A stretch of DNA of 64,000 nt from an uncultured Clostridia bacterium (GCA_947589005.1 CANPZO010000002.1:7713-71712), one strand, 5' to 3'. Counted from the first letter of the stretch, positions 1 to 9,312 are shown. Translations and numbers: made by a program. Notes: a model not told the origin generated them from the sequence alone.

Positions 1-373
1 AGTCCTGATTTTTGTCCACCCAAGATGTAAAATACCGGCCGTCACTGCTGCGGAAATCCGCACGGAATATGCCTATGCAGCCGTTATTTGTTCTGAGCCG
101 TCGTATGTCGGCCTCCTCTGTTTTGGGAACGGTCAGCTCCACGGCGCACATTTCCATAGGCTCGTATGTTGCCCCGACGCGCTCCATCATTTCGGCAAAC
201 TGGCAGATATGATAAACGCTTCTGTTGTTAAGCTCAAAGTGATAGTCGTCTATGTACCGACAGGGGTAGGTGTTTTTTTCGCCGTTTCTGTCTGTGATAC
301 ATATCTTCCCTCCGTCGGGGATTGAAAAAAGTCTCTCGTAGTCGCTGTTTATGAAGTTTATATCCCTGTTCAT
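1..373 (-). CDS. Hypothetical protein, 5' end in window (N-terminus MNRDINFINSDYERLF...); gene continues past the left edge
   Basis: Start codon at complement 373-371, preceded by RBS AGGAGGG (revcomp of 'ccctcct' at 377-384). Open frame to the window edge. AT-rich context typical of a mobile element. Confidence 0.45.
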   Translation of the reverse strand, partial: MNRDINFINSDYERLFSIPDGGKICITDRNGEKNTYPCRYIDDYHFELNNRSVYHICQFAEMMERVGATYEPMEMCAVELTVPKTEEADIRRLRTNNGCIGIFRADFRSSDGRYFTSWVDKNQD

Positions 374-541
374 TATTATTTCCCTCCTGTGTACCGCTCA
401 TGTTTACCCGACCTGATTGGCGGATATTTTTTCAGATCGTCTCTGTACTGCTCTCTTGTTTTAAAAAAGCTGCACCGCCCTGCCGCGCAAAACATATTCA
501 TCAATACGCTGCACTCTCCGTTTTTGTATGCGAAACAAGTC

Positions 542-751
542 TTATTTACCATAGTTTTCATCTTCCTTTTCAATTAATTTTACATAGCTCGCCACACGAA
601 GCCCCTCGGCTTCGGCGGCGGCAAAGAGTTTTTTCATTACGCGCCCGCGCCTTGCGGTCAGCTCCTTGCGATAGGCCGCCTTGACAGCCTTATATGCCGT
701 GAGGTCAAGATAACCGCTGGCGTTTCGCTTTTCACTGTCCACATGGCTCAC
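542..751 (-). CDS. Small hypothetical protein (69 aa), mobile-element associated
   Basis: ORF overlaps the next gene by 4 bp (ATGA coupling). Basic, helical composition. Confidence 0.4.
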   Translation of the reverse strand: MSHVDSEKRNASGYLDLTAYKAVKAAYRKELTARRGRVMKKLFAAAEAEGLRVASYVKLIEKEDENYGK

Positions 752-1005
752 CTCTCAGGCTCGCGCTTTTTCTTAAACTGCTCGAGGAATTCTATTTCAC
801 TCATTGTGCGGTCGCAGAAATCCTTTTTTGCGCTGAGTTCGGAGGCGAAGTAATGGCCGTGATTGTAGCTGTCACCATTCACGCAGGACCATGTGACGTA
901 TGGGGATGGAGTGCTTACGCCTTTCTTTTCACCGAGGACGATCTCCTTTTGTCCGACGGTGATACTGCTCGTTATAACGTAACCGGCGTTAGTTCTCTGT
1001 TCCAT
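748..1005 (-). CDS. Hypothetical protein (85 aa)
   Basis: ORF in an operon-like string with neighbouring minus-strand genes. Start overlaps the stop of an upstream small ORF. Confidence 0.4.
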   Translation of the reverse strand: MEQRTNAGYVITSSITVGQKEIVLGEKKGVSTPSPYVTWSCVNGDSYNHGHYFASELSAKKDFCDRTMSEIEFLEQFKKKREPER

Positions 1006-1156
1006 CGGCTTTTTCCTCCTCTTTTGTTTCGTCCGAAGCGGGCGAATGTCTGTCCATTTCGTCGTCGGCCTGACTTGCTACGACGAGGCAGCAATATACC
1101 GCGATAATTATGCCCGCGACCACAAATGCGGCTGCTGCTACAAGTGCGATTTTCAT
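989..1156 (-). CDS. Small predicted membrane protein (about 55 aa, MKIALVAAAAFVVAGIIIAVYCCLVV...)
   Basis: Not in the ORF track (below cutoff). ATG at complement 1156 with upstream GAAAGG. Hydrophobic helix then acidic tail. Stop overlaps the start of the 748..1005 gene. Confidence 0.35.
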   Translation of the reverse strand: MKIALVAAAAFVVAGIIIAVYCCLVVASQADDEMDRHSPASDETKEEEKADGTEN

Positions 1157-1164
1157 TGTGTACA

Positions 1165-2019
1165 CTACCTTTCTTTATCTATTTTTCTTTTTCTTGACCA
1201 GTTTTCAAGGAGCTTTATGACGGTTTCCTCCATCTGCTCCGGTGTATATCCCCTTGGGAAATATTTTCGGATTTTGTCCGTTTTGAACGTCAACTTGGCC
1301 TTCTCGGGCTTTTCCTCCCGCATTATGGCCTCTATGACGGCGGGCGAGAGCTTGTCCTCCTGATAAAACTGCCGTATTCGCCCGGCTTGTGAAATGGAAG
1401 GAGCGGTGCAGTCCTGCTCGATGACCTTCAAAACCTCCGATTGAGCTTTTGAGCCGAGGTATGACAGCTCAACCGCTGCGCTGAGGGCAATTTCCTTCCT
1501 GTCCACCATGTCCAGCAGGGGAGTTATGAGGTTGGTGAGGCGTATGTAGCGCTGGATTTGCTTGACGCTCTCACCTGAAATTTCCGATAAAACCTCATTT
1601 GAACGTCGCTTTTCTAACTTCGGGCCAATTTGACCCGAAGTTAAATCTGTCCTTTTTCCCTGACGTTTCATAGCTTCCAGCTTCATTTGATATGCAAAGG
1701 CTTTTTCGCTGAGAAGGATATTTTCCCTTTGCAAGTTGCTGTCCACAAGCAATATAACCGCCGCGTCGTCGTCAAGCTGGCGCACCATGACCGGCGCTTC
1801 CTTTATTCCTGCAATCTCACAGGCTTTGACACGTCTGTGGCCGGACAGTATCTCATACCCGCCGCCCTCTCTTGGCCGGGCAATGATGGGGGACAGCACC
1901 CCGCTCTGGCGTATGCTTTCCGCAAGCTCGTCCATACCTTCATCAAGCTGCACCTTAAAAGGCTGCTCAGAAAAGGGATACAGCTCCGACAGTGGGACGG
2001 TGCGGAGTTCTTCGTCCAC
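1165..2019 (-). CDS. ParB/Spo0J-like nuclease-domain protein (plasmid or ICE partition or processing)
   Basis: ParB N-terminal domain motifs: 'GHRRVKACEIAGIKEAPVMVR' and 'ILLVDSNLQRENI'. Stop/start overlaps the upstream gene. Confidence 0.7.
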   Translation of the reverse strand: MDEELRTVPLSELYPFSEQPFKVQLDEGMDELAESIRQSGVLSPIIARPREGGGYEILSGHRRVKACEIAGIKEAPVMVRQLDDDAAVILLVDSNLQRENILLSEKAFAYQMKLEAMKRQGKRTDLTSGQIGPKLEKRRSNEVLSEISGESVKQIQRYIRLTNLITPLLDMVDRKEIALSAAVELSYLGSKAQSEVLKVIEQDCTAPSISQAGRIRQFYQEDKLSPAVIEAIMREEKPEKAKLTFKTDKIRKYFPRGYTPEQMEETVIKLLENWSRKRKIDKER

Positions 2020-2885
2020 TAAGTATCACTCCCTCCGTACAAATCAAAAGCCACCGCGTTCTGGAGCTGGGCTTCAGCGGTGGCAGGTACATTAAACAGC
2101 GACGTTATGAGGTAGGCTTTCATGTTGCGGATTTTCTGGGTGTTTTTCTCAAACTGGAGCAAAAAGCTCTCAATGCCGGCATAGTCTATATCACGGAAGC
2201 GCTTCCGCACAAGCTCTGTGCTGTATGTGTAGCCCTCTATGACATAGCTTGACCGCTCCACGGTCAGGACTTCGGCCATGATGTTGACTATTTCATCGAC
2301 TACGGCCCGGTCATGTGTGGCCGTGAGGCTTTCATAGCAGATGTTCTGCCGGACAAATTCGGCGTTCTGTTCGTATTTATCCACCGACCTATCCGCTGCG
2401 GGATTGATAGATGGGTAATTAATACGCTCAGTATTTGATTTGTTTTTATTTGATTTATCTTTTATTAATTGCGTTGGATTTTCCAACGTAGGTTTTGCCT
2501 GCGTTGGCTTTACCAACATTGGATTTTCCAACGTAGGCTTTTCCAACATAGGTTTCTCCAACACAGGCTCGTCCAATGCAGGCTCTCTCGGCTCAGGCTT
2601 TTCGTGTATCACATACTCTGCGTCGGTGAGCTGGCCTTTTTCATTCCTGCGGCGGCTGCGCTCGATGTATCCGGCCGCCTCCAGCTCCTTTATGGAAACG
2701 CGGATAGCGTCGATGCCCTCCCTGCTGATGATGGCTAACCCTCTCAGGGTGTAGTCCCACTCCTCCGGCAGACTGAGCATGACGGACATCAACCCCTTTG
2801 ACCTGAGCGACAGCCTCTTGTCCCGCAGATGACAGTTTGACATCACGGTAAAGTCCTTGTTTTTTTCTACCCGGAATACTGACAT
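2019..2885 (-). CDS. Putative replication initiator / DnaD- or RepA_N-like winged-helix protein with Pro/Glu-rich pentapeptide repeat region
   Basis: N-terminus 'LSLRSKGLMSVMLSLPEEWDYTLRGLA...IKELEAAGYIERSRRR' resembles Firmicutes RepA_N / replisome-organiser wHTH. Central in-frame repeats (EKPMLEKPTLENPMLVKPTQ...) are encoded by the 15-bp tandem DNA repeats. Confidence 0.5.
   Translation of the reverse strand: MSVFRVEKNKDFTVMSNCHLRDKRLSLRSKGLMSVMLSLPEEWDYTLRGLAIISREGIDAIRVSIKELEAAGYIERSRRRNEKGQLTDAEYVIHEKPEPREPALDEPVLEKPMLEKPTLENPMLVKPTQAKPTLENPTQLIKDKSNKNKSNTERINYPSINPAADRSVDKYEQNAEFVRQNICYESLTATHDRAVVDEIVNIMAEVLTVERSSYVIEGYTYSTELVRKRFRDIDYAGIESFLLQFEKNTQKIRNMKAYLITSLFNVPATAEAQLQNAVAFDLYGGSDT
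2466..2600. repeat. About nine tandem 15-bp repeats (ttggattttccaacg-like units) inside the initiator-like gene
   Basis: Direct reading of the sequence. The units encode pentapeptide repeats on the minus strand. Confidence 0.8.
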
Positions 2886-2967
2886 GGTGTTCCTCCTTTC
2901 TTGATTTTTTGTATATGAAAAAGGCGTGTATCTTTGGTGATACGCGCCTTAACAACAAAATTGGGCA

Positions 2968-2996
2968 TTGACAAAGTTGTATAGTTATGATATAAT
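2968..2996 (+). promoter_or_regulatory. Consensus sigma-A promoter (TTGACA-17-TATAAT)
   Basis: TTGACA at 2968-2973, a 17-nt spacer, TATAAT at 2991-2996. Confidence 0.7.
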
Positions 2997-3002
2997 CTAC
3001 TA

Positions 3003-3188
3003 TACACAGGTAATATGTGTGAGCTTAATATGGCTTGTGTATATTTTATGGCAAGAAGTATTTGAACAAGCGCCTATGTCCCTAAAAGCTGAAATTATTC
3101 CTAAAAAATCGGCATACTTCTCCGCCAACAAAACCCCCACTTGGGGGCGAAAAATCCCAGAGCTTAAAGGGCTTTGGGATTTTTTGTG
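3003..3188 (+). ncRNA. Candidate small RNA (about 185 nt) from the consensus promoter to a two-hairpin intrinsic terminator
   Basis: A perfect promoter is followed about 140 nt later by hairpins 'cccccacttggggg' and 'aaaatcccagagcttaaagggctttgggatttttt' plus a T-run. No credible ORF. The overlapping 79-aa ORF starts inside the promoter. Confidence 0.35.
3134..3186 (+). terminator. Rho-independent terminator (double hairpin plus T-tract)
   Basis: Stem-loops at 3134-3147 and 3151-3185 followed by TTTTTT. Confidence 0.7.
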
Positions 3189-3313
3189 CTTTGTTGCGGT
3201 ATTGTAGTAGGGAAAAACTGATGTCGTTATAGAAATTTTCAATAGCTCATGCACCAAAGCTCCTTTCAGATATATATCATTACTTTGATATTATCAGAAA
3301 GGAGTTTTTTATT

Positions 3314-3682
3314 ATGAAAAAAATCTGGACAAAAGCGCAGTGCCATGAGCTTATGGGGCTTCCCCCTCCCGTTCATGCGAAGATTGATGAAACCGTCGCG
3401 ATACTCAACTTTTACTATGGCGAGAACAGAGATGTTGACAAAAATCTCGGCGGATACGTTCTACTGATAGAGAGTGAGAAAGATTTTGAAAGCCTTAAAG
3501 CTATCTTTCATGAGGAGATAGAAAACCTGACCGCAGAATATGTGGATATAATCCAATGCGAAAATACATCCGCATATATATGCGCTCAAATTATGCTCTC
3601 TGACGATTATTCCGTCGTATTGCTTATTCCCCGTCCCATAACGCCAAACTCGCTGTTAAAACAGGCAAATTCACGCTCATAA
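3314..3682 (+). CDS. Hypothetical protein (122 aa), paralog of 9442..9810
   Basis: RBS GAAAGGAG 8 nt upstream. No recognisable family. Duplicated within the window. Confidence 0.6.
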   Translation: MKKIWTKAQCHELMGLPPPVHAKIDETVAILNFYYGENRDVDKNLGGYVLLIESEKDFESLKAIFHEEIENLTAEYVDIIQCENTSAYICAQIMLSDDYSVVLLIPRPITPNSLLKQANSRS

Positions 3683-3906
3683 GCACACATTATCCGGCTA
3701 TGGTCTATCATTGGGCCATAGCCTTTTTTATTTGCCCTGAAAATACATCTGCACATGGGGACGCGAAATAAGGTCATATTACGATGACTTTTTCCCTCGC
3801 CTGTATTTTGGCGCCGGGCACTGAAAACATGACAAAAACAAACCCCGGAGAGCGAGGGAACTCTCCGGGTAAATTTATATTAAAGGGGATTTACACCCAC
3901 GTATTT

Positions 3907-6900
3907 TTACACTATTTCCACTGTCTCAGCTTCGCCGAGGGGCGTCATTGCTCGCAGCGATCTCCACACAAAGACCTTGGCCCGCTTAATATCCGCGGAA
4001 AGCGGAATATCAATGGTGTAGGACGCGCTGCCGTCACATTCCTGACTTCTCACCGACAAAAGTTTGCCATTGCCATCATATGCCGTCACAATTACAAACG
4101 CATTTTCGAGAGGTTCTGAGGCATCGACATAAAACCTGTAGCTGGACGAGAGCTTTTTATATGTAGTGGCCGTGAGCTTTTCACCGGGTTTGTCGCCAAC
4201 ATCGCCATCATCAAGGCCCACGTCAGGCTCCTGACCGGTGGTGAAAGACTTTATGTCGCCAAATTCAGTCATCTGGAACATATATGTTGTCTCCGAAAGC
4301 AGTCCGTCAATACGCACGCTGTAATCTCCGCCGCCGGCCTCGACCTCGGTCAAAATGACGTTTTCCGGCTCGGAGGCCATCCAATAGCGGATGTATCTCA
4401 CTATGCCGTCGCCCTGACCGGATACGCTGCCGCTCAGTGTCGCGTACCAACTGTCCACATCTTCCGCGTCATTGGTGACCGCCGTAACCTTTGTGCTGGT
4501 GCCGGCCACGTCTAAGGTAATAACGGTGTCCTTGTCGATGATGAAGCTATTGCCGCCCAGCTCCTCGCCGTTGACGTAAATCGCGTCGACCGTATACTCG
4601 GCGGCGGCTTCGGCGTTTACGCGGATTTCCGCGCCGTCAAGAGCTTTAATTCCGCTTGAACCGTCCGCCATCAGGAACACCGCTGAGGCGATCTCCGCCG
4701 GATCGGCGTCCACGTTTTCAAGGGAGCCGGCGGCGTTGGCCGTGGCCTGAACGGTGGCTCTGTATTCGGGAGTTATTTCTCCAAAGGTGGCGTACACGCT
4801 GCTGTCGCCGCTGACCTCGAAGGTGGAGCCGACGGTCTCGACGCCGTTGACGTAAATTTTGCCCAACACATAGCCCTGGTCAGGAACGGCGGAGACGGTG
4901 ACGATCTCGCCGTCCACGGCTTGGGACTTGTCCACGGTCACCGTACCGTGCTCCACCGCGCCCACGCTTATCTCGTTAAGGCAGTCGGTGTACAGGGTGG
5001 GGAGCTGACCCTCTCTTATCACCCATACGGCGTCGGGATTTTCTTGGAGATAGTCCATGGACTGGTAAGGCGTACCGAAAACTCTCTGCTGGAAGGACGC
5101 GCTCTTAAGCTGAGACATGGGTCGCTTGGTCTCGCTTGTTTCAACCTTTTTGCCGCTCGTCGTCAGCTTGAGACCGTCGTTGACATGGTTGTTTTGATAT
5201 GTGGCTGATAAATTGATTTCGCCAACAATATCGCCAACTTTAGAGCCGGTGTTATTGGAAATTATTTCATTAACGATAACAACAACGTCGTTTACGACGC
5301 CACTGCCTGACGCACCGCCAATATTTGCTTTACAATTAGCGGATATTACGCCGTTTACTTTTGCGAAACATTTTTTGCAGTCACCTTTGCCTGTCAAACC
5401 GCCAATTTTAATATTTGCTTTCTCATTTTTATTCCCATTGCATACAATTGCACCACCTTGATATTGGCTATCTTCGATGATTCGAGACATATTCCCCGCT
5501 ATGCCGCCAACATACATATCCTTTGCTCGGTTAGAGTTTACGCAAATGCTGTCATCGTCTGATGTAAACTTTACTGTACAGCGAAGGATGGAATCCGTAC
5601 ATATGCCAACAAGCCCGCCAATATTAAACGTGCTGTATGAGGTGTCGTTATAATATAGTTCTGTAGGATTACTGGTCAATTGTGCGGCGGATACTGTACA
5701 ATTGTATATCATTCCTTCTGAAGCACCGACCATACCGCCCACACTCGTATATTGACCAACAGTGCCGGAAATGGTCATAAGACTATCTTGGGACGTTACT
5801 TCGCAGTCAGTTAGATTGCCATCTATGCATCCTGACAATTGTCCTACTGTTAAATTTCCCCAGTTAACATCTCGATCAAGTGAAATAAAACATGTGTATG
5901 CCGAGCAATTTATGATGTCTCCTGTAATATCACCCAAAAGGCAGCCGAGACAACCCTCATCAGCAAATGAAACTCCTGATACGTTTACATATGTAGCTTT
6001 GCAACTGTCAATGTTTAAACATAATCCGCGTCCTAAAAGTGCTCCCACATATCCGTCACCATATCTATTGTCCATAGTAAAGCCATGGATATCTCCTGAC
6101 ACAGCTACATTTTTCAGCTCGCCAAATTTACCTGATTCCCAGTATGATTTTTTCCCTTTCGCATACCCAAAAATACCAACATAGCCTTCATAAGCCTTGG
6201 TGATCCTCAAATCCGAAATAGTATAGCCGTTGCCGTCAAACGAGCCGCGAAAATACTGATAATCGTTGCCGTAAAGACCGATGGGCACCCATTCGGTGTT
6301 GCCGAGGCTGATGTTGCCGGTAAGCTCGTAGTATTCATACTCCGGATCCGAGGTTTGGGAATTTACCCTTTGTGCAAGATAGGCGAGCTCGGCGGCGCTG
6401 GATATCTGATAGGGGTCGTCCTTGGTGCCGCTGCCGCCGGCAAAGGCCGTGGCCGTGCCGCCGCTCCACGAGCTGTCGCCCCAGACCGCGTAAAGGGTGG
6501 CGTCGTCCTCAAAGGTGTAGTCCATGCCGAGGCGGTATTCCGGCGCGGAAGCGTCGTAGCTCTTCGCCCAGCCACGAAGATAGCAGCCGTCCTTTATGGC
6601 CGAATTGGGCATACGCATGGTGTCGCCGTAGGTCAACTTCTGGTCCTGGAGCTCGCCCTTGCCGCCGTTGAGGTCAAAGTGTATGTCAAAGACCTTTGGT
6701 TCCCATACGGCGTAGAGGGTTATGTTTGTGTTTCTGTTATATCTGCCGCCGGCCTCGTATGAAGCGTAAGCCGCGGTTCGGCTTGAGGCCCAGCCCAGAA
6801 AATTATAGCCCTTTTTTGTGGGCACGGTACGGGACAGGGTCAGGGGCTGATCCTGTATTTTGGACTGCTGGGCGGGCGCGCCAGTGCCGCCGTTGGCGTC

Positions 6901-7965
6901 ATACTGCACGGTATAGGTGTTGTATATCCGGAAATCGTCACAGCTTACGGTCTTTTCCTGACCGGTATTAGTGTTGCGGACAATAAGGCTCGCGGAGTAG
7001 CTGCCGGCGGAGAGGCCGTTTACGCGGTGCTCGATGGCGTTCATGCTGTAGGTGGCGTAAAGGCCGCCGTTTTGGTAAAGCTGGAGGGTATAGTCCGTGG
7101 CGTTGGAAGCGTTGCCGCGCTTGAAGGTGGCGCTCCCGCCGGTTTTGTCAACCGTTCTTGTGAGAACGATATTGCCGATGGGATAGCACGAGCGGCAGCT
7201 TGTCACGCTTCGGGTGGAGCCGGTGTACTCCTTAGCCCCGCAGGACGTACACGTTTTGTACTCCTGATGCGGGTGGCCGCTTTCTAATTGAGTGATCCAG
7301 CTGTGGGTATGGGCGGCGGGTTTCTGGGCCGGTGAAGTCAGATTGCAGCTTCCGCTCGAAATGTACCAGTATTGGTTCAGGTTGCCTATTCGTTGGTCTT
7401 GCGTATCTCCGGATAAATAAGCCTGTGTAAGTTTAATACGGCCTGAGGGAATGCCAGAGGCTGGGTCAGCACAATAGACCGTATCCGAAGAAGCGTCGTA
7501 GTCAGTCGCCAAAACAGCATGGCGGCGTTTGGAGGGGTAGCTGTCATTAGGATACATATAGATAACTACGCCTTCCGCATGCTCACTGAGCAAAGAAATG
7601 AGCTTGTTTTTCTTATCCGCCGAAGAACCGGAAAACATACCGTATTTTACGGTCATTCCGGCATAAGAAAAACTAAGTCTTTGTCCCGCACCGGATACCC
7701 ATCCATAAGGCTCAACCGCGCTTTCTGTTATAGAATCCCAGTTTTCGTTGCCGCTTAAAAGCGCGTTCCTGCGAAGCATCATTGTTACAGAGGCCAAGGT
7801 ACACCTGCCTTTGCCCGACTGCTTTTTAAACACCGACGGATCATTTGCTGATGGAAGCGCCATAGTTTCGGCATCCCCTGTGCTCGCAAACGAAGCCGCC
7901 GGCACAAAGCTCAGAACCATTGCCATACAGACAAGCATGGCTAAAAGTTTTTTCCACTTTATCAT
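3907..7965 (-). CDS. Large secreted surface protein with several domain-like segments
   Basis: Start is the MIKWKK ATG with AAGGAGG RBS (the upstream ATG lacks an RBS). Signal peptide present. Segments: C39-like papain-fold peptidase motif 'GKGRCTLASVTMMLR'; two 'YNFLGW...YAVWEP' Listeria-Bacteroides repeats; a long Gly/Asn-rich beta-helix region; FN3-like; C-terminal recurrent 'YDGNGKLL...VFVWRSLRAMTPL' module. Confidence 0.75.
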   Translation of the reverse strand: MIKWKKLLAMLVCMAMVLSFVPAASFASTGDAETMALPSANDPSVFKKQSGKGRCTLASVTMMLRRNALLSGNENWDSITESAVEPYGWVSGAGQRLSFSYAGMTVKYGMFSGSSADKKNKLISLLSEHAEGVVIYMYPNDSYPSKRRHAVLATDYDASSDTVYCADPASGIPSGRIKLTQAYLSGDTQDQRIGNLNQYWYISSGSCNLTSPAQKPAAHTHSWITQLESGHPHQEYKTCTSCGAKEYTGSTRSVTSCRSCYPIGNIVLTRTVDKTGGSATFKRGNASNATDYTLQLYQNGGLYATYSMNAIEHRVNGLSAGSYSASLIVRNTNTGQEKTVSCDDFRIYNTYTVQYDANGGTGAPAQQSKIQDQPLTLSRTVPTKKGYNFLGWASSRTAAYASYEAGGRYNRNTNITLYAVWEPKVFDIHFDLNGGKGELQDQKLTYGDTMRMPNSAIKDGCYLRGWAKSYDASAPEYRLGMDYTFEDDATLYAVWGDSSWSGGTATAFAGGSGTKDDPYQISSAAELAYLAQRVNSQTSDPEYEYYELTGNISLGNTEWVPIGLYGNDYQYFRGSFDGNGYTISDLRITKAYEGYVGIFGYAKGKKSYWESGKFGELKNVAVSGDIHGFTMDNRYGDGYVGALLGRGLCLNIDSCKATYVNVSGVSFADEGCLGCLLGDITGDIINCSAYTCFISLDRDVNWGNLTVGQLSGCIDGNLTDCEVTSQDSLMTISGTVGQYTSVGGMVGASEGMIYNCTVSAAQLTSNPTELYYNDTSYSTFNIGGLVGICTDSILRCTVKFTSDDDSICVNSNRAKDMYVGGIAGNMSRIIEDSQYQGGAIVCNGNKNEKANIKIGGLTGKGDCKKCFAKVNGVISANCKANIGGASGSGVVNDVVVIVNEIISNNTGSKVGDIVGEINLSATYQNNHVNDGLKLTTSGKKVETSETKRPMSQLKSASFQQRVFGTPYQSMDYLQENPDAVWVIREGQLPTLYTDCLNEISVGAVEHGTVTVDKSQAVDGEIVTVSAVPDQGYVLGKIYVNGVETVGSTFEVSGDSSVYATFGEITPEYRATVQATANAAGSLENVDADPAEIASAVFLMADGSSGIKALDGAEIRVNAEAAAEYTVDAIYVNGEELGGNSFIIDKDTVITLDVAGTSTKVTAVTNDAEDVDSWYATLSGSVSGQGDGIVRYIRYWMASEPENVILTEVEAGGGDYSVRIDGLLSETTYMFQMTEFGDIKSFTTGQEPDVGLDDGDVGDKPGEKLTATTYKKLSSSYRFYVDASEPLENAFVIVTAYDGNGKLLSVRSQECDGSASYTIDIPLSADIKRAKVFVWRSLRAMTPLGEAETVEIV

Positions 7966-8084
7966 GTATATTCCTCCTTGTTTTTTTCTCATTATAACAT
8001 ACTATCTTTAAAAAAGCAATACTATCTCTATAAATTTATAAAAAATGTCTTTAAAAAGGATATAATATATTTGGTGATGATATA

Positions 8085-8414
8085 ATGAATTTGAAAAACA
8101 TAGGAAAAAACGTCAAGCAAATACGGAAGTCACGTAACTTGACCCAAGAAAAGCTGGCCGAGGCTATTGATATTTCCACCGTTCATATGTCACACATTGA
8201 AACAGGCAGCGTCTGCATGAGCCTCGACTGCCTGCTTTACCTGTGTACGGTTCTTGGAACCACGCCAAACGACATTTTGTTAGGCGAATTTGACCTGCCG
8301 GTCGAGGGGCAGGTGCGCATATCTGACGAAAAAATAAAAAGGCTCACCGCCGACGAGCTTTTGTTTATAGGCCGCGTCGCCGATTTGTTGAATGAAATTA
8401 AGCTGAACAGATGA
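8085..8414 (+). CDS. Xre/Cro-C1 family HTH transcriptional regulator
   Basis: HTH_3 motif 'IRKSRNLTQEKLAEAIDISTVHMSHIETG'. Confidence 0.8.
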   Translation: MNLKNIGKNVKQIRKSRNLTQEKLAEAIDISTVHMSHIETGSVCMSLDCLLYLCTVLGTTPNDILLGEFDLPVEGQVRISDEKIKRLTADELLFIGRVADLLNEIKLNR

Positions 8415-8692
8415 GGCCCGATATCCCTTTTGAAAACTCTATGCAACTGTTTACCGGCAAAATCAACGAGTTGACAGAGGAAAACGAGCGGCTTAACCGA
8501 GAAATAACTGAGAAAAAAGCCTCACTACCCGCCGCCCCTCTATCAACAGATGAAATCATGGCCTTAAAGCAAGACTTCATCACCTATATGCTTGACGAGA
8601 ACAATCTCCCGATTTGTAAAAAATGCCTTCAATCACTGATTGAGGGCATTTTTATTTATGAGGATGAAGTCAAGATAGTTTTCAACATTTAA
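8411..8692 (+). CDS. Hypothetical coiled-coil protein (93 aa)
   Basis: ATGA overlap with the upstream Xre gene. C-terminus '...CKKCLQSLIEGIFIYEDEVKIVFNI' faintly recalls a recombinase C-terminus (weak). Confidence 0.4.
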   Translation: MRPDIPFENSMQLFTGKINELTEENERLNREITEKKASLPAAPLSTDEIMALKQDFITYMLDENNLPICKKCLQSLIEGIFIYEDEVKIVFNI

Positions 8693-8699
8693 ACCTACA

Positions 8700-9231
8700 T
8701 CTGTCCCCATTTTGAGCCTATCCTCACCATAAGAGGATAGGCTCCTTTCGGGCATGATTTGTAAAATTCAAATATACATCTACCTATGAATTTAAGATAT
8801 CAGCTATATGCAGATGAGCAGATGTTTTCATCTGCATATCATGCGCACTCTTTCGAAGATAGTTTTTACCAATAACTTACTGCACTTTATAAATCCATGC
8901 TCCCCCGCTCCCCCTTGTTTAATCTATCACGCATGCAGGGATAGAACGATTTTTCATGTGCATATATGGTTATACAGCTTTAGTTAAAGAGATTATTATT
9001 TTCTATAAGGTCTGTGTAATATTATCAACAGAAGATGAGACAAGTACATATATCATCTGAAGATAGCTATTATATATTTTCATAGCAAGATGAATTATGT
9101 AACTCTATCATCTGCGGATAGATTTTTTTAAACCTCATCTTTCCATGATAACTTCATTTTCACTAAAAATTTTTTAAAGTTATTTTTATCAGGTACTTAC
9201 TGCACTTTCGTCTCCAAGGTGGGGAATTTGA
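8700..9231. repeat. AT-rich non-coding region with multiple short inverted repeats around a 'catctg' core and 14-bp direct repeats 'acttactgcacttt' (8873 and 9195)
   Basis: For example 'atgcagatga...tcatctgcat', 'agatga...tcatct', 'ctatcatctgcggatag'. The direct repeats are exact. Confidence 0.6.
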
Positions 9232-9258
9232 CGGTATACGCACCTTCTCCGCCAACAA

Positions 9259-9312
9259 AACCCCCACTTGAGGGCGAAAAATCCCAAAGCTTAAAGGGCT
9301 TTGGGATTTTTT
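9259..9312 (+). terminator. Rho-independent terminator (copy of 3134..3186)
   Basis: 'cccccacttgaggg' then 'aaaaatcccaaagcttaaagggctttgggattttttt'. Confidence 0.65.

Larger units (their letters stand above)
3107..3690 (+). repeat. Direct repeat copy A (about 93% identical to 9232..9815) containing a terminator, an RBS-sequestering hairpin and a 122-aa gene
   Basis: Aligned by eye. The encoded 122-aa proteins are near identical (MKKIWTKAQCHELMGLPPPVH...). Confidence 0.85.

Noticed and set aside
2466-2600. Tandem 15-bp repeats considered as a CRISPR array or plasmid iterons
   Set aside because: The units are contiguous with no spacers, imperfect, and kept in-frame within a coding sequence (pentapeptide repeats). 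There are no cas genes, so they are not CRISPR. An iteron role cannot be excluded but is not required.
2968-3207. 79-aa plus-strand ORF (MTKLYSYDIIYY...)
   Set aside because: It would start within the -35 hexamer of the promoter and run through two terminator hairpins. It is more parsimoniously a non-coding transcript.
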